A stretch of 63,855 bases of DNA, filler included, from Octopus bimaculoides (taxonomy: Eukaryota): NCBI RefSeq assembly GCF_001194135.2. It is 4 parts of 4 records of this genome, joined end to end, with 100 filler letters (N's around TTAATTAATTAA, not from the genome) between each part and the next. Parts side by side here need not be neighbours in the genome. Positions count along the whole stretch, not along the records: positions 61,745 to 63,855 come from NW_026318125.1; 3 more parts are not named here. The stretch is one strand, 5' to 3'. This document shows, piece after piece, positions 62,241 through 63,855 of the stretch. The notes below the pieces were generated by a model. It did no database searches. It was not told the DNA's origin and worked only from the letters and a program-made list of their open reading frames with translations. Within the stretch, counting starts at the first letter, position 1, and the number at the start of each line of letters is the position of its first letter. The position numbers and the translations under genes were made by a program.

Positions 62241-62938
62241 GTATGTATGTATGTACGAATTTGTGCCTCTGCATATATATATATATTGTATCATCTGGTG
62301 CCAATCAAATCGGATATCGAGCATAATCTATTTACCCCATCCCCTCTCACTATCCCTACCTACCTACCTACCTACCTACCTACCTACCTACCTACCTACN
62401 NNNNNNNNNNNNNNNNNNNNNNNNNNNNNNNNNNNNNNNNNNNNNNNNNNNNNNNNNNNNNNNNNNNNNNNNNNNNNNNNNNNNNNNNNNNNNNNNNNNN
62501 NNNNNNNNNNNNNNNNNNNNNNNNNNNNNNNNNNNNNNNNNNNNNNNNNNNNNNNNNNNNNNNNNNNNNNNNNNNNNNNNNNNNNNNNNNNNNNNNNNNN
62601 NNNNNNNNNNNNNNNNNNNNNNNNNNNNNNNNNNNNNNNNNNNTATATATATACATACACACACACACACGCACAGCACACACACATATACACACATGTA
62701 TATACATATATTAATCTCGCCAATTTCATTTAGCCGTTCATTCGATCGCTCTATGATAAAATGACAGTCGGCTGTTCAGCGAGTCCTCCCTACACGAATA
62801 CATATGATCTTACTGCGACGTAACATCACATAACATCACATAACAATTCTATGATGTGTGCGACATTTTACATTTAACACAACAATGGAAAAACTCGAGG
62901 TTTTGGGCGGCGGGAACCAACCAACTAACAACAACAAT

Positions 62939-62973
<35 letters not shown>

Positions 62974-63855
62974 ACCCCCAACAAATTTCCCTGAAATAGC
63001 GGCGAAGAGAATGTCATCAATATTATCTTTATTAACAAATTTTCTTGTCTTTGTTACTGCTGTTGTTGTACAACCAGTAAAAGTGACGGCAACCATTTTT
63101 GTTGTTAATGTTGTCGTTGATGAAGTCGATAATGGCGTTGTTGTTCTTGTTGTCGGTGTTGTTGTTTTGTTATCTTACTCTAGAAACCTTCGCCGAACTA
63201 TTACTAAGCAGTACCGTAATTAGATTGCCAAGCAAATGGAACCATTCTTTAGTGCCAGACTCTAAGATTCAAAGAACACTTCAACCATACGCGAACATAT
63301 GAAAAATAACAAAAGGTTTTTGAAATAGATTTTGGTGCTTCGCTAACACAGTAATGGCAGATTGTGTGTGCGTGTGTGTGTATGTGTGTGTGTGTGTATA
63401 TAAGAAAGAGAATGCGTGCTAGTAAATGTATATAGAAGTATGTGCTTGTGTGTGTCTGCATACACACACATGTTTATATAGGTGAACATATGCAATGTAA
63501 GAATATATAACACATAAGAATATATATGTGTGTGTGTGTGTGTGTATATATACAGATATATATATATATGTATATATACATAGATGTGTGAGTGTGTGTG
63601 AGTGTGTGTGAGTGTGTGCGTTTGCGTGTGTCTGTGTATATATATATATACATATATATAAATGTACGTATATATATGTTTATATATGCATGTTATATAG
63701 ACCTACATATATATATATACACACATACACACACAAACGCACACATACACACTCACACTCACACACATACACGTACATATATATATATATATACATATAT
63801 GTATGTATAAATATGAGTGTATATATTCATATATGCACATATGTATATATATATA

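Larger units (their letters stand above)
2250..63855. repeat. Numerous (TA)n, (TG)n, (TATG)n, (TAGA)n, (CT)n and (AAT)n microsatellite blocks, most bordering N gaps
   Basis: Examples: 2250-2430, 3350-3620, 5140-5310, 23843-24260, 25915-26420, 28390-28840, 36355-36470, 53200-53660 and 63360-63855. Confidence 0.95.

Noticed and set aside
62858-63223. 121-aa ORF with poly-N and a hydrophobic Val-rich stretch
   Set aside because: Derived from (AAC)n and degenerate (GTT)n repeats; the apparent transmembrane character comes from the repeat.
408-63810. Long ORFs rich in X or in YI/CV/TH/MYV/N/D runs
   Set aside because: They are translations of N gaps and di-, tri- or tetranucleotide microsatellites, with no protein signal.

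Overview
Repeat-rich animal genomic DNA, most likely an octopus or other coleoid cephalopod (inferred from the SINE/LINE families and extreme microsatellite density). About 6 kb is N gaps, and almost all long ORFs in the supplied track come from microsatellites or gaps. One host coding exon is recognisable: a minus-strand first coding exon at 54632-54695 (MADRKAKKEKELLLVFEGQVR|G, perfect GTAAGT donor). It matches the N-terminus and phase-1 intron position of SLIT-ROBO RhoGAPs (srGAP). No second exon was found, so 1-54631 is probably one very large first intron, though gaps could hide exons. The intron holds tRNA-derived SINEs of several families (many with clear TSDs), decayed RTE, Dong/R4, CR1 and Penelope retroelements, a gag-only CCHC element, mariner, two Helitron helicase remnants, and a TIR/TSD-intact hAT carrying a nested MITE and a nested RTE LINE. 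The most interesting non-coding signals are two minimal type-I hammerhead ribozyme candidates (15921-15965, 19822-19864), inverted-repeat pairs, a mosaic SINE and promoter-like motif clusters upstream of the gene. Coordinates of decayed elements are approximate and were read by eye.
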